Source of the DNA: Auanema rhodensis
Lineage: Eukaryota > Animalia > Nematoda
Assembly: GCA_964057225.1 (NCBI GenBank)
Contig: OZ059897.1
Location: 6,572,001 to 6,636,000, forward strand
Reading direction: 5' to 3'
DNA: 64,000 nucleotides
Below the pieces are notes generated by a model, which saw only the letters and a program-made list of their open reading frames with translations, searched no databases and had not been told where the DNA came from. The translations under genes and the position numbers were made by a program. This document shows positions 1-13,480 of this stretch, piece after piece. Position 1 is the first letter of the stretch. Each line of letters begins with the position of its first letter.

Positions 1-373
1 CCAAATGCGATTATTTGTCGGACGCTAAGAGGCAGATTGAAAAGGTTATCTATAGGTCCTTTAATTAGCGGCAAACTGTTAGAATTTTAGGCGTTTCTCC
101 GTGAAATAAACGACGTTAAAGAACATAACAGTTTATTGAGAACTGAAAAAATAGCCTTGGAGCAAATGGTCATGGCCTTAGAACAGGTTTGCTTTCATCT
201 TTAAGGTTTGAGTTCCAAAATGCCAGTTTAGCGGCTGGATGAATTATTACAAATATCTGCTCGTAGAGCTGACACTTCAGCACTTTCCAGAGGTAGGCAA
301 GGCTTCAATAATTTGTTTTCATATTTCGTTTTCAGCGGATACACGCTCTGAAGTTCACGGTTTAGATGATTGA
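1..373 (+). CDS. 3' end of a spliced gene encoding a coiled-coil-like C-terminus (5' part outside window)
   Basis: Four short exons joined by GT-AG introns keep frame: KCDYLSDAKRQIEK|AFLREINDVKEHNSLLRTEKIALEQMVMALEQ|RLDELLQISARRADTSALSR|ADTRSEVHGLDD*, stop TGA 371-373. No family recognised. Confidence 0.7.
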
Positions 374-2775
374 CTCATTTTCATAACGCAGTTTGAACGT
401 TGTTTGATTTTTTATTTTTTTGTTGGTGTTTGTGGCTAAGCCACTCTCTCACGGGTACTTCTTAACGTATTAATCTCAAAAAATTAGTCTAGCAGATCTC
501 GGTTTTCATAATTTATTCTTATCGGTTCATAGATCAACTTTTTGTGGATACTTTAGTATTTAGTTGATCATCTTGAATTTGCCGTCCTTTGTGTCATTCT
601 GTTTATAAGCATCACTTCACGCTTCACGAATATTCAAATTACTGTCCTGAATCATCTTAATGATTATTACAATGTTTATCGAATTCTATTCAGATACATT
701 TATTTCAGTTTAATTCTTTTGGTTAGCCAGTAATAGTGGCAAATAATAATATTTGTATGTGTATATTTGTAACAAATGATAAATATTTTAGACTGTTTGA
801 TTCTGTTTTGCTGTTCCAAAATTTAGGCTTTGATCATGTTTTCATTATTCTGCTTTTAATTATTTCCTGAAGCATTCAAGCTTCTCATTACCGTAGTAAA
901 GTTGCAGCTTTACAAAGTAAGTAATATGAGCTTTTAAGAGTTTTTAATCCGTATAAGTCGAAGATTTCTGCCTTTTTAAAGCGAATTTTCTGAGTTAATT
1001 CTAGCCTATATATTATACATGTATTTTTAGTTTCTTGATGTTTGTCTATTTCGAAGCCTGAATACCCTGATTACTTGTAAAATTGGCATCAAAAACTTTA
1101 TTATTCAATGATGTTTCAGCCACAGGCTTTAGAAGAGCTATACATGGTTAGCTGACTTCAAAAATCAAAATTTCATCAATTCACGCCTTTATAACTTTTC
1201 CATTGCCCTTGTATAACAGTATTTCAATGAATTATATATCGGAATGGCGATGTTATTCAGCAAACCTGTCATAAGCTGGCTTCCGATAAGCATTAATGCT
1301 CTGCGTATTCTTGCAAAATAATACTAGATTTATCTGCTTCATCTTGAGTGTTGCTAAATTTCTGTAACATTTTAAGTTTTTTCTCCAATTGTTGGACTTT
1401 GCGGCTCCTGAAGCCAAGGCAATTTTCCAAGCGCTCAATTATGCTTTCGTTGCTAATCAAGATTGCATCCGGTATTCTATATGAATTCTACGTATTGTAT
1501 TCCAAAATTAGCTAGTCTCATTCTTGTCTTTCGGCTTGCTCAGATATAATATATACTTTCATATTCAATTAATTTACGGATTGGGAGAAACTACGTAGAG
1601 ACTCAGCGTCATCCAATTTTTCTGTTAATAATTGTCTTTTTTTAGTTTGAATACATTCAACAAATCATAAAGTTTTGCAACTTTGACTGGAATTCTATCC
1701 TCTCAAGTTTCTCAAAAAAATTCATTTAGTATTCTATATAGCAGTCATTCTTGATCGTAGTTCTTAGCTCCATCACTCCCTCGCACTCTGTCACGGTATG
1801 GTTAAATCTGTCACCATAAGCTAAATTTATGTTTCATTTCAAATTTAAACTTATCCAAATCTAAAAATTCCGAATGTGAGCTTATTTGAGCTCATCAAAG
1901 TACTGAAGTCATACCCTGATCATCAAGCAAACTAGTCAGTTTCTATTTCTCCATAATTCATCTTATGCATTTTTCTTCCTTAAACAATCCACATTTGATC
2001 AAGTAGAGTTTGTTATTTTGTAGAAAAAACTCATGACGTTGGCAACTTGTCCTTTATCTAATTTTGAAATTTCAAAAATGATTGACGCTTTGACGCTTTC
2101 GAAGAATATTATATATACTTTATATAACTCGAAGTTTATTCCACATAAATCTGGGAAAACATTTTAGTTCTCTGTCGCCGACCTTGCCATAGTAAATAAA
2201 ATCCGCAAAGCTGATCTTAGCCATCTAAGGTGAGTAAGATTAAAAAGCAAAAATTATATATATATATATACATGTATGTATATATATAATTTTATCTCAT
2301 AATGTTTTCTTCCTTTTCATTGTAATTATACTAATTCTAAATAACATCTTCTTAGTCTTCTAGAAATAGTAACAAGTTATTTCTGGTATTTTCACCATAA
2401 TGTCATGACGAACATTGACAAACTTTTTTGTTGTAGAAGGCTTTGTGTATGAAGTACAAGGTGACGCATCCGTCTTTGTACTGTTTTTTTTTGCTTTTGG
2501 TACCTGAAGTCAATTTCATTGTTATATAGGTTTTGAAATTTTTTTCGTAAATTATTCTGAATCTATTCCAAATAAGGATATTATCTATCTGAAAATAGAA
2601 ACAATTGTCCTAGATTCATCCAATGTAAACAAAAAAAAAGCAGTTTTCAACCTGAACGCATGAATTTTGTTCCAAGAATCGGAAAAAAAATTTTGAACAA
2701 TAATGTTGGATAAATCGTGCTTTGAAAAATGAAAATAACTATATTTTTCAAATAATCTATCTTTCAGCTTTAATC

Positions 2776-3222
2776 ATGACTTGGATGCTTCAACAACTTT
2801 TCTTGGTTGGATTATTATGCGTTCTGTACATTCAATGCGCTCCTATTTATTCACGCGAACCAGTATTCCAAAACGAGCTGGCTCCATCACTTGTCCTCGA
2901 TCGCATCAATGATTTGCGTGATTCGATCGAAAAGCTGCAACAGATGAATAGCCGTGTACGGTGTCAGATCAAAGGTATGTCTGATCAAATTTCCATTACG
3001 GTATAATAAGCTGCTGACTCACTGGACAAATTCTTTCATACTGTTACTAAGATCATTAATGACCTTGAATATCTTATCATTTTCCTAGCTGCTTACCTAT
3101 TTTCAGAGCTGGAAAATGCTGGAGTGCGCGCAAAACGTGATGTGGGCCCAGCGCAACGACTAAACGACATTATTGACGTCTTGCGATTCTCTCATATGCC
3201 TGATAAGAACAGTGACTGCTAA
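2776..3222 (+). CDS. Small secreted prepropeptide-like protein (~104 aa, 2 exons: 2776-2974, 3107-3222)
   Basis: TTTCAG acceptor (2762-2767) lies just before the ATG. Signal-peptide-like MTWMLQQLFLVGLLCVLYIQCA; phase-1 intron GTATGT..TTTCAG; dibasic site RAKR then DVGPAQRLNDIIDVLRFSHMPDKNSDC*; AATAAA near 3370. Confidence 0.75.
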
Positions 3223-5205
3223 TCGGTCGACCAGAAGGACAAAAAATGACAATAGGAGACCAAGATGCCGATTATAAGAAGATATAAGAAGAGAAAGATT
3301 GTAGTCAAGACACACATGTTCGTAGTTGCTATGCAATTGATATGAATATAACTTTCACAATTGGCACCCAATAAAATGTTAAAACTGAACTTTGTAAATT
3401 TGTATTTTGTTTTGAAAGCAAATTGTCTGTGCGCTAAAGCAAAAAAATATTATGGGTGACGTTTAAAAAAACAAATAGATAGGAAACGTTATTCCGGGCA
3501 GATTTACAGCCGCTCACCAATTCCGGAAAAAAAAATGAAAAAAAAAAAAACTTTTCTTTCTGGTGAGCATTAAGAAAAAAACCACATAACCACAATTTCA
3601 AACGCCAAACTTGAACAACATTGAATTAACAGTTCAAATGAAAAGAACGGAGAAAACAATATATACAATGATTACCACTACACTTTACTAGTGTCCTCTC
3701 TCTTTCTCTCTCCCCCCTCTCTCTATTTTCCCTCTTTCGATTTCTCCCTTTTCTATCTTTTATTCGTTTTTAGCGACACGTGTCGAGTTCCTTATGACTT
3801 CGCTTTCAAAACTCTGACTCTCTTATTTTTTCTTATTTGTTAGCATTAAATTTCTCTAATTTGCCCTTCTCATTATATACTTATTCATTATTATACATAT
3901 CGCGAACAAAAAATATGATAGGTTGTAAAGATTTTCTTTGTCCTATCTAAATTTTGTAATAAAATGGATAGATTGTATTTCAAGCGAAATACCAGAGAAA
4001 CAAGAGAACTCAAGTAAATGCAGACAATCTGCTTTTGTTCGCTATTGGCTCTAATGACAGATCTCTTCATCTCGGTTTTGAAACACGTTTTAGATATGGT
4101 CATATCTGGCTAATGAGAGAAATAGCATATTTCATCCACCACTAACACATATGACGGTTGTCTTATAATAGATATATAATGTAGGCGATAGAGCCATTCG
4201 TTATCAACTGTACGACGACGTTTTGCGGACATCTCGGCACTAACGTATTTCTGAAATATTTTCTTACAAAAATTAATTCTTAAAATTCACCTTTTATTTT
4301 TATTTTTATATTTTGTTCAGTATTTTGAATTATGAAGGCTTTCTCGCCTTAATGTTTCTATTTTCTAATTATTCAAAGCATTTATGGCGCAGAAATTTCC
4401 TTCAGGTAAAGTTGTTCATTTTTAACATAACGGGAAAGTCGTTTTTAATTGAAGCCTAAAAACAAAATGCTTTTGAATGTTTATCTTTCTCATAAAAGTG
4501 GTTGCTACTATATGAACTTATTTATTATGACTACCTTTTATGACACATATTTCTATTTTAATTATGTCGATCCTATCCGATTACGATTATATTTTGTGTT
4601 CGTAAATCGTTTATCTATTTATTATAATGTACTTCAATATTGTGCCAAACCTGCGTAATATGGGTGACCCATCCACATCTTCATTTCCATCTTCTCTCAG
4701 ATTTAGTTTATGATATTTCCATATTATATTATATGAAGGATAGTTTCTAGCATGCAACATGGATGTATGCTATCGACCCAATGGTCATGAGAGAATACGG
4801 TCCAGCCTTGAACTTACCTAGTCCCGATCATCCTAATAAATGGCTATTTTTTTGATCAGATATGGAAATCTCCGCCTCGCTTGTTGCTAGAGTAGTCGGC
4901 ACAATGTCTGAAACATTCTGTATGAATATAAGGTCTTCTTGTTCCATAGTTGTGACGCTGTCTCTGATCTGACGATCGCCTTGATTCATAGATAACAATT
5001 ATATTCCCTACTGGGCCTTGAAACTATGCTGCACATTCTCAATTATACTGTTTTGATCATATAAGTCTTGAGATTATTGGTTTTCGTCCATTTTCATTTC
5101 TGAAAGAAATTGAAGATCATGATTAGCAAGACGACTGGTTCAGTTTCAGTCGCATTCATTGACAAATAGAATAATCATCTCGTTAGTTTTTCTGCAGTCC
5201 CCCCT

Positions 5206-5704
5206 CTCCCCCACCTGCCGTAGCTCCGCCTATTTTGCCGAAACGTGCACAGTTCCTGGTACCAGCTAGCGATTTCCCAGGGTCAAGCTTATCGTGGGAC
5301 AATTATGTGTATTTAAAAAAATATTGTCATTGCTATTTAATGTTTTAATTTTATAATTTGTCAAAAGTCTGACTAATATGAAAAAAATATTATTCCTTTT
5401 TTCATGTATTATCCAAAAGTCAAAGTCTACAAAATAGAGATTGCATTTTTCTACATAGGGCATGCGAAAATTACTGATTTTAATAAGGTTTATGAAATAA
5501 CATTACATAGAAATAACATTACATAGGAACAACATTACATATGAAATTTTATTTGAAAAATGTCAAATTTCATATTATATTTAATTTTTTTGATTTTTGC
5601 TTTTAATTTTCCTATGTATGATCCTAGAAATTACCTAAGATCGAGTTCTCGCTGCGAACTATGCGCACTTCGGCAACATGGGCGGAACTGTCAGTGTAGG
5701 GGAG
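5206..5704. mobile_element. Degenerate MITE-like element (imperfect ~50 bp terminal inverted repeats)
   Basis: 5206-5255 CTCCCCCACCTGCCGTAGCTCCGCCTATTTTGCCGAAACGTGCACAGTTC aligns with the reverse complement of 5656-5704 (CTCCCCTACACTGACAGTTCCGCCCATGTTGCCGAAGTGCGCATAGTTC). The interior is AT-rich and non-coding. Confidence 0.55.
5494..5541. repeat. 16-bp tandem repeat x3 (GAAATAACATTACATA)
   Basis: Two exact copies and one variant copy, inside the MITE-like element. Confidence 0.85.
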
Positions 5705-6988
5705 AAAACTACAGAAGAGCCATCTCATTTTTCAAACTTTTTCTCACCTTGAGACTGTCCTTCCTGTTTTTTTTGTTCAGTATAGTCAATTTTCTTCTAC
5801 TTCTGACTTTTTGCATGTTTCTTTTCTCATATTTTTAAAAATGATAGCATTATCGTTATTCAAAGCTTACATACGTTCCCGCCGAAAATATGCAAATTTC
5901 ATAGGCACTGTAATTTGCATACCAAAGAGGCACTGTAACATTTTACATGAATTGCATAGTTTAACCACTACAGTGAGGATAATGAATAGGTAAAGATACT
6001 CTTGTTCAGTATTTGTATTCATATATCAACTCGATTTAATCGTATTCCTGCATCCCAATTAGCTATATATATTGATTCGCTTTTATTGGAATAAGTTTCT
6101 CTAGTTCACCGTTTATTCTTATTAGCCTAAACTGAACATGAAAATTGTATATGTTGAAGGCAGGTGCTTAAATAGCTGAGAGTTATCTTTTTTATCTCTC
6201 ATCATTTCTCTTCCACACCTCTGTATCTCTTTTTTCTTTTCCTCTCTGACAAGCACATATATTTGTTAGAAAATCGTTGGATAAGAGGACATACTAGAAG
6301 TAACACATACGCAACTGCTCCTCAAGATTTTTATCAAAGATCGATTCAGGTTTTTGATTATTCACTGAATATTTCGCAATATATCTCTGTTTATTGCTTA
6401 AAATAACATTTTTTTGTCTCATACATGCAGCTACGAGTTATAATTATTTATGTGATAATTTTAATCTTTTTGTTTACAATTTCTACAGAGTCTAAATGAA
6501 TTTTTGCTTCACTTTGGGCTCGTTTAGTGTATTTGTTCTTTGTCTCGCGGCACAGCAAGTCTTTTCCCTTTCTATCTTTCATCACATTTCAATACACGGG
6601 GCGGGTCCTGGGCTACCAGCGAATATTTGATTAGACCTGGAAGTGAGGTTATCCTTTGATTCTTTTATTTTTGATTTGTTTCTTCTTTTTGACGAATTAT
6701 GATTATGAACCATCTGTTTGTGCTAGCTTTTTTTCTTTGTCAAAGATATCTACCGTTCGATATCTTTTATCGAGTCACTCGTCATTCCAAAGATTATCAT
6801 ACATAGTTTATATTTACAGACTGACGAGCATATCCTTATCATGAGTTGAATATAGATTACTTCAAGACGGGTTTGACTTTCATTCATCATTCGTTGTAAG
6901 TGTTTTTTTATGTTTTAAAATATTGTTTTTCTTTAGAGTGGCATATCATTAATACCTATATTTTTATTTTTACTCCAGTTCTTTCATT

Positions 6989-9525
6989 ATGCAGTATTTG
7001 GAAGATATTATTGAATGTAAGTTCATAAGCTAAAAATCATCTTCTATTTTTTTTTAGTAATCGAAGATCTACCATGTGAAATCGAACGTAGATTTGATCA
7101 AATCCGTCGATGGGATACAGAAGTCGAAAGTGAGCTTTTTTTCCGCTTTTTTTTTCATTTTTAACGAATTTTGACATGACGTTATGCAGTGTTAAGTGTC
7201 TGATTGTTCGTTTGGCGTCAGCTGAACATCAATGGACTTTTTAACAGCCAGCTGTCTTATATCAAACAAAATTTCTTTGATAATTTTCTAAACATGCGGG
7301 AAATCATGATTTATGACTCATGTTGTTTCAGAGTTAAGAGTTGAAGGAAGAGAATTGCAAAAACGTATTTTTGAAGAACATAAAACAATGGATATCAAAG
7401 AAAAAACTAAGCTATCCTTAGAACTGGCAGAAGTAAATATGAGACCATCCTATGCTCTTCATAGTAAGCTTTTTTCAGAAACATCGAGCTGTTCGCGATA
7501 TTACTGAAAAAAAGTTGGAGCTGGCTGCTCGTTCTGAGCGACTGATGGCAGCTATTGCTGACAAGGTATCAGGATGAATTTCTATGAAGATATTTTTTGT
7601 TAAATTTGATTTAGGTTCAAGAAAGTGCTTATCATTGTAAAATTGAACTTGAAGTAGATAACCCAGGTTGTACACAACTTATAGAACAAAGTAACAGATT
7701 CACTGTTTTTTTTCTTTTATTATTTGCATTTTAGATTTCTGTCAATCGCTCGGATTAAGACCAAGTTCTACACATTTAACAGATTGCACAATGGAGTTTG
7801 AACCATTAGATCGAATCAATGCCCATTCTTTATCTGACGATATACAAGTACAAAATCGCGATGTTCTCAGTAAGTTTTTTCTTATTGTTTTATTGTTTTT
7901 TAATCTTATAAATGTGAGAATTTCTTCCTATTTTGTGCTTTCCATGGAAGAATTCTCTGGCGTATAGAACGGGTTTTTCATTACTATCTATCCTGATCGC
8001 AGATGTTTTGGTTGTTCTTTTGATACCTTCGATTTCTCTATTTTTCTACTTTTGGCATATGCGAAATCTTTGTTTAATTGTTTCATTTTCACTATTAGTT
8101 AGTTGCATTTTGTATGAGAAAAAAAACAAAAGTTGACCTCTGCTCTTCCCAGTTTGAAAAGATATATGTGCTAAAGACAAAGAATCTCAGAGACCTTTAG
8201 TGCTAGTGTACTATCTATGGATAGTATGACTGGTTTTTAGTTTCTGACACCGCGACTCTAATCGAATAAATACTATTTTACTGATGAGGGACTAATGTAT
8301 CACGTTTATAGAAGAACGAACCAATAAAGGAAAAGGAGATCATAATGTTGTACCCTCTTCCTCTCCCGGGCCCAACTTCGGAAAGAAATATAAGGTAGGA
8401 TGAGAAACACATTTCAATCTCATACTTCATAAATTTTTAGAAGCGGAAAGATCCTCTCAATCCCGCCCCAATGTCTGCTTATATGAGAAAAAAATTGGAA
8501 AAAAATCGAGAAAAACAAAAATTGCAAGAGACTCATGCTAGGAGAGATCAAGAAAGGAAACGAAACAATTCCGTATCAGTTCCCCAACTACGTATGTTTC
8601 CATTGATAATAGTTTTTCTCATTAATGGTTTTTTATAGATAACCCTTTACCTCAACCTTCTTCGCGTGCTGATTCGTCACTTGAGGGAGCAGCTACTCCT
8701 AACTGTGATATTGATGATCTGTCATGGGCTGGGGGATTGGCTGGTTTGAATTGAGATTCAACGAAAATTTTATTTAATTCATTTAGATATTTTGGGATCT
8801 GACGACGATTTTGATCCAGATGAGGTTTTAGGATTATTCCCTTCTATGTTACCCTCCCCTCCTCGAGAAATCATGGAATCTTTGAAAGAAGATTTTACTT
8901 TTGATGACGATATTACCATGAGCACACCAAGCTCTCCATCTTCGCGTCCTTCAAGTTCATTAGTGCCTAATCATTCAAAATACAAAGAAGAACGAACAAG
9001 ACATGATTCGGTAACTTTAATACAAACTCATATTGTGTTCATTCATATGTTATTATTACAGGTCTCTCAGCTTGGAGATTTTGGCAGTGAAAAAAAACGA
9101 AAGAATATAATGTTTAGTAGTGTTAGTGACACCAGTATGCATGGACGGCCCCGAAAGTAAGTATTTATCCATAAGCATCCTCACCTAGTTTTTGTCTCCC
9201 AGGCTGACTGATCGAGCTGTAGAGCTACTTCAGTTAGGAAGAGAAAAGCTAAGAAAGAAGGAGGATGATGAAGATAGATGGTGTATTTGTGGCGATGTAT
9301 GATAGAGTTTTATTTAATTTCTCATGTTTTTTATTTCAGATCTCGAGCGGCGAGATGATTCAATGTGAAGCTCCTGAGGTTGTTTTCATAATCTATCAAA
9401 TTTTGATAATCTGCTGTTTTCAGTGTCCTATTGGATGGTTTCACTTCGAATGCTTAGGTCTTACTTGTGCTCCACCGGGTACTTGGTACTGTCCAAATTG
9501 TACCAAACTCTTAAACGAGCAGTAA
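6989..9525 (+). CDS. ING-family (ING3-like) PHD finger protein, divergent paralogue, multi-exon
   Basis: ING N-terminal domain MQYLEDIIELIEDLPCEIERRFDQIRRWDTEVE...KLELAAR...CKIELEVDNPGCTQLIEQ (cf. ING3 ELEADNAG). MHGRPRK|LT motif. C-terminal PHD WCICGD|ISSGEMIQCEAPE|CPIGWFHFECLGLTCAPPGTWYCPNC; stop 9523-9525. Some middle exon boundaries are uncertain. Confidence 0.88.
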
Positions 9526-11136
9526 TATTTAGTCAAATTTAGCCTACAGAATTTTATCATTTTTCGTTCATGTTGTGTTACTGTCGGGTTATTATATTCT
9601 AGATTCTCGAGTCTTAAGCTTTTTTTTTAAAACTTCCTTTTGCCTTATTTTCTGGCAGTTTTTAATGTCCTTCAGTTAAATTTCATATATCATACTAGTA
9701 TTTCTTCAACAAGATGCGTGTTATGCTCGGATCTCAATTTGTGTGATTAACTTGCGTCATCCTCCATATTGACTTCATTTGCCGAAGATGGAAAAAATAA
9801 TATTCATTTAGATTTCACGCTAGTCTGTTAAGTCCCATTAGTTATATAATAATTGATGAATAAGTCGTGCTCATCTCAGAAAATACCTAAAGATATATAT
9901 CACAGGGTTTCTCTTACTAGTGCTATTCTCTTTGCTTTATCGTTTATTATATATATTTTTTTTGTAGTTGAGAAACATTCCTGTTACATTCATTTTTGTT
10001 AGCTATATATATATATATACATTTCTATTCTTATCCAATTGTTTGGTCATTCTAGACCTCAAATTCTATTTCTTCATATCAGGTATTGAACAATTCTATT
10101 TCTTCCATATCAGGTGTTGAACAACATGACTACTTTTTTATCCGTTAATTTTGCTTGCGACTTGTTTTGTTCATTACCGACAAGATTTTATAAAGAAGTT
10201 AATTAACCATATTTTTTTTATCAAATGAGGTGTAAAATCGCTACATTATTACTGTTTTATCAAGGGAACGAGCGAAAAATGCACTTTATGTAGCTATTAT
10301 ATTTGAAAGTATAATCGATAAGGATGATTTAAATGATTATTTACAAGCACCAGACTGAATTTTTCGGATAAAAAAATAAAAACTTCGTGGTTATTCTTCA
10401 TTGAAATTATGTATAATGTATACAATATTTTGAGAACTACCCACACTCAATGTAGTGGTTGGTGAGAAGTGAGAAGAGAGAATATGTGTTAGAGGGGCAG
10501 ACACGTAGGCACATATATATTGCCCGGCTAGAGAAGCAGACTCGGCTATGCCTCCCGATCAGATGATGACATTAGCCCAACTTATGGTCCCAGGTCATAA
10601 TATTTCTAGGTGTATGTGTTAGAGAAATGATTTTTAAAATTATAATAATATTTGAAATACATTGCTAAGATTAGTTTCACAATTTTTTAATTTTAAATCG
10701 ATATTATTGCACGTAGAATAATTATATGAGCGGTTAATTCCTAATACTCTTCATAAAATTACGAGTCATACTGCATTTCTCTTTGCATTTTATATTTTGA
10801 GAGGTAATAGCATTAATACTTGCTTCTTAGTTTAGTAGTACAGTTTATATTACCGGCTTCCGTGCTATTGATTGCAACCCTGTGCATATTTTTATCAGCA
10901 TTTTGTCCTATTGTCTTTTACTCGTACCTCTAGGGTATTATAGGGCAGTAACTAGCCATAAGGAACTAGGCTGTCTATTCATAATAACGATTTAATCATA
11001 ATAATAGTATAATTTCGTTTAGTTCTTTATTTTCCGTGTAACCAATGTTTTCTTTTACCTTGTCTTACTTCTGTTAATCTCTCATTAATGTGCTCCATCG
11101 ATTTTATGAGTATAATTCTATATATCTAGAAAGAGA

Positions 11137-13224
11137 ATGGAGGATTTATGCCGGGAGTATCAGTTGAGTGACGAACAGATAGCAAAACTCAAACAGTTTG
11201 AGGTAGGGATACTTGCATTCATTTAAAAATATTATTTTATTCTACAGGAAGTAACGAATTCGGAAGACCACGAAGTTAATATATGCACATTAGCTTCTTT
11301 AGAATGGGATTTGCAACGAGCTATTGAAAATCATTTAGTTGGTGTAGCGGATCCAGTTATTCCTATGGAACAAGATGACGTATGTTCATTTGTCATCTTA
11401 TTTTTGAATTTATTGTTGCTTTAGGCAGATGATATTCAAATCATAGAATCTAATGTACGTATTTTACCTGCTGCCATCATTCCTCCTCCGTAAGTTTATG
11501 AAAGCTCATTTAAGTTGAAGTTTTAAATTTTTCAGAAGACTACCTACAACTAGAAGCAGAACGCGTGCTCAAGAACGTTTAGGTTTTGAATTTACTTATG
11601 TCCTCTCTATTATATAAGGTTTAGATTTCCATGCTTCATCCTCTTCATTAGCTAACGGTCTCTCTATGGATGATGATGGATTAATTGGTATTTCGGACGA
11701 AGATTTCACTATTGAAAGTGATGATTTGGAAACTACAAGTTGTGTATGTTTATTTGAGTTTAAGCAACACTTCATAATTTACTCATTTCAGCTGAATGGT
11801 GCTCCTTTGATTCCAACCGAAGTAAACTGTGTTACCGATGCTATCAATAATTTTAGTACGGTTTTTAATTCCAGGTAAAATTGACTTGACAAAACGTATT
11901 TTAATTGTTTTTTTCTCAGATATATTGAATCTGCTGCAAATATTATGCCCAGCTTTTTCAATGGTTCTTTATCTGATGCTATTAGAGAAGCATTCGATGC
12001 ACCTAATCGGTAAGATTACATTTTTTGCTTAGTCATGAAATTCCATTTGCAGAGCTATTGAAGAACGTCGACCTTTGGCGCTTTACGTTCATAGTGACAA
12101 ATCTGTGTGTGCGAATATTTTTGCTTCTACGGTATTTTATTTTTGCCCAACAACTTCACATTATTATCTAATTTGTTAGATTCTCTGCAATAATGAAATT
12201 GCTACTCTCTTGAAACACCAGTATATTCTTTGGCCATGGGATATATCTTTTAGGTTAGTTGTTTTTAAACTTCCAATATTTATTGCCATTTTTTCAGCGA
12301 AAATGAGCGTAAGCTTAAGGACTGGTTAAATCTCGTAAGCATGTCCGACTTACGACAACAATTGGACTATATTTGTCGCAATGAAAACAAACTACCCTTA
12401 TTGATCTTAATCACTCGTGAAAAGGGAACTTATAACAATGTTGATATATGCTACGGTATGATTTGCTTTATCAGTTTTGTTTTCTTCCTGCTTCATCTGA
12501 GAATTAAATATAAATATATATATATATATATTTTAGGGTCAGATACTATTAATATGGTGACAAATAAGCTCATGTCTGGTATTCGTGATTTTGACCAAAT
12601 ACGTTTAACGGAATTAAATGAGCACAGAGACAGAGTTGAAAGAGAGCAGATACGTATGGAACAGGCTAAGGAATATGAAGCCTCTTTGGCTGCTGATAAG
12701 GCTAGGATGGAAGCGAAAATGAAAGAAATCAAAGAGCAACAGTTAGAGGAAGAGCGAAAAATAAGAGAAGCCGAAGAAGAGAAGCTTCAGTATGTTTCAG
12801 TACTATCAAACTATACTTTATATATCTGATTTTTCAGTCGTGCTAAGTTAGCCAGCGAATTACCTGAAGAACCAGAAGAAAGCGAGCCTGGCGTTGTTGT
12901 AGTGAAATTCCGTCTTCCTAATGATGAACAAGTACGGATTTTAGTATTCATTAAAAACCTTTTACCGAAATATATTTTTCAGCGTGTTCGCAGATTCTTA
13001 AAGTCGGAGAAGTTAGCTACTTTGCTAACATTCCTGGGAGCTGAAGGTTATGATAACAACCAATACCGCTTTATGAACTCCGACTTTCCAAAGAAAGATG
13101 TAAGTTAATGAGTTAAGTATTTTGTAAACCTCGGGTTATGCAGGTAGCGAAATGGGATGGCTCAAAGACCTTCGACGAATTGAAATGGCCAGTACGCGAA
13201 CAAATTTTCGTAGAAGAAGTTTAA
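11137..13224 (+). CDS. ubxn-3: UBX-domain p97/CDC-48 adaptor, FAF1/UBXN-3-like (UBA-UAS-coiled coil-UBX), multi-exon
   Basis: UBA-like LASLEWDLQRAIENHL. UAS domain ..PAFFNGSLSDAIREAF..RRPLALYVHSDKSVCANIF..QYILWPWD. Coiled coil REQIRMEQAKEYEASLAADKAR. UBX LPEEPEE..VVVKFRLPN..RRFLKSEKL..FMNSDFPKKD..LKWPVREQIFVEEV*. Confidence 0.88.
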
Positions 13225-13480
13225 AGACTACGGGTTTATTATCTTCCTGACAACCTCTTTCATGCAAATCTCAATAGAAACAGGTATATACAACTTCGTA
13301 TCGCTTACGCGGTGAGTACTTGTAGGGGTCATATTCAAGATTATCTTAACCCGTTTTGGTTAACCCGTTTTGTTTTTGAACTGTCGAATAATTTTTTTTT
13401 GCATAATATCATTCATATAATTATCATTGTTTTAACTTAAATCAGTAGGGTTCTACTTTGAAGTTGCTCGTATATATATA

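Noticed and set aside
1100-1960. Minus-strand coiled-coil-like reading (IIERLENCLGFRSRKVQQLEKKLKML..)
   Set aside because: Short, flanked by stops, with no coherent splice model or recognisable family. It may be a relic but cannot be supported.
4332-4855. Possible secreted-protein pseudogene (MKAFSP*CFYFLIIQSIYGAEISF.. and HATWMYAIDPMVMREYGP..)
   Set aside because: There is an in-frame stop at codon 7 and no consistent exon chain.
10063-10125. ~31-bp tandem duplication (also similar pairs at ~13345-13372, ~28176-28205, ~38577-38625)
   Set aside because: Two-copy local duplications without spacers; not CRISPR-like and unremarkable.
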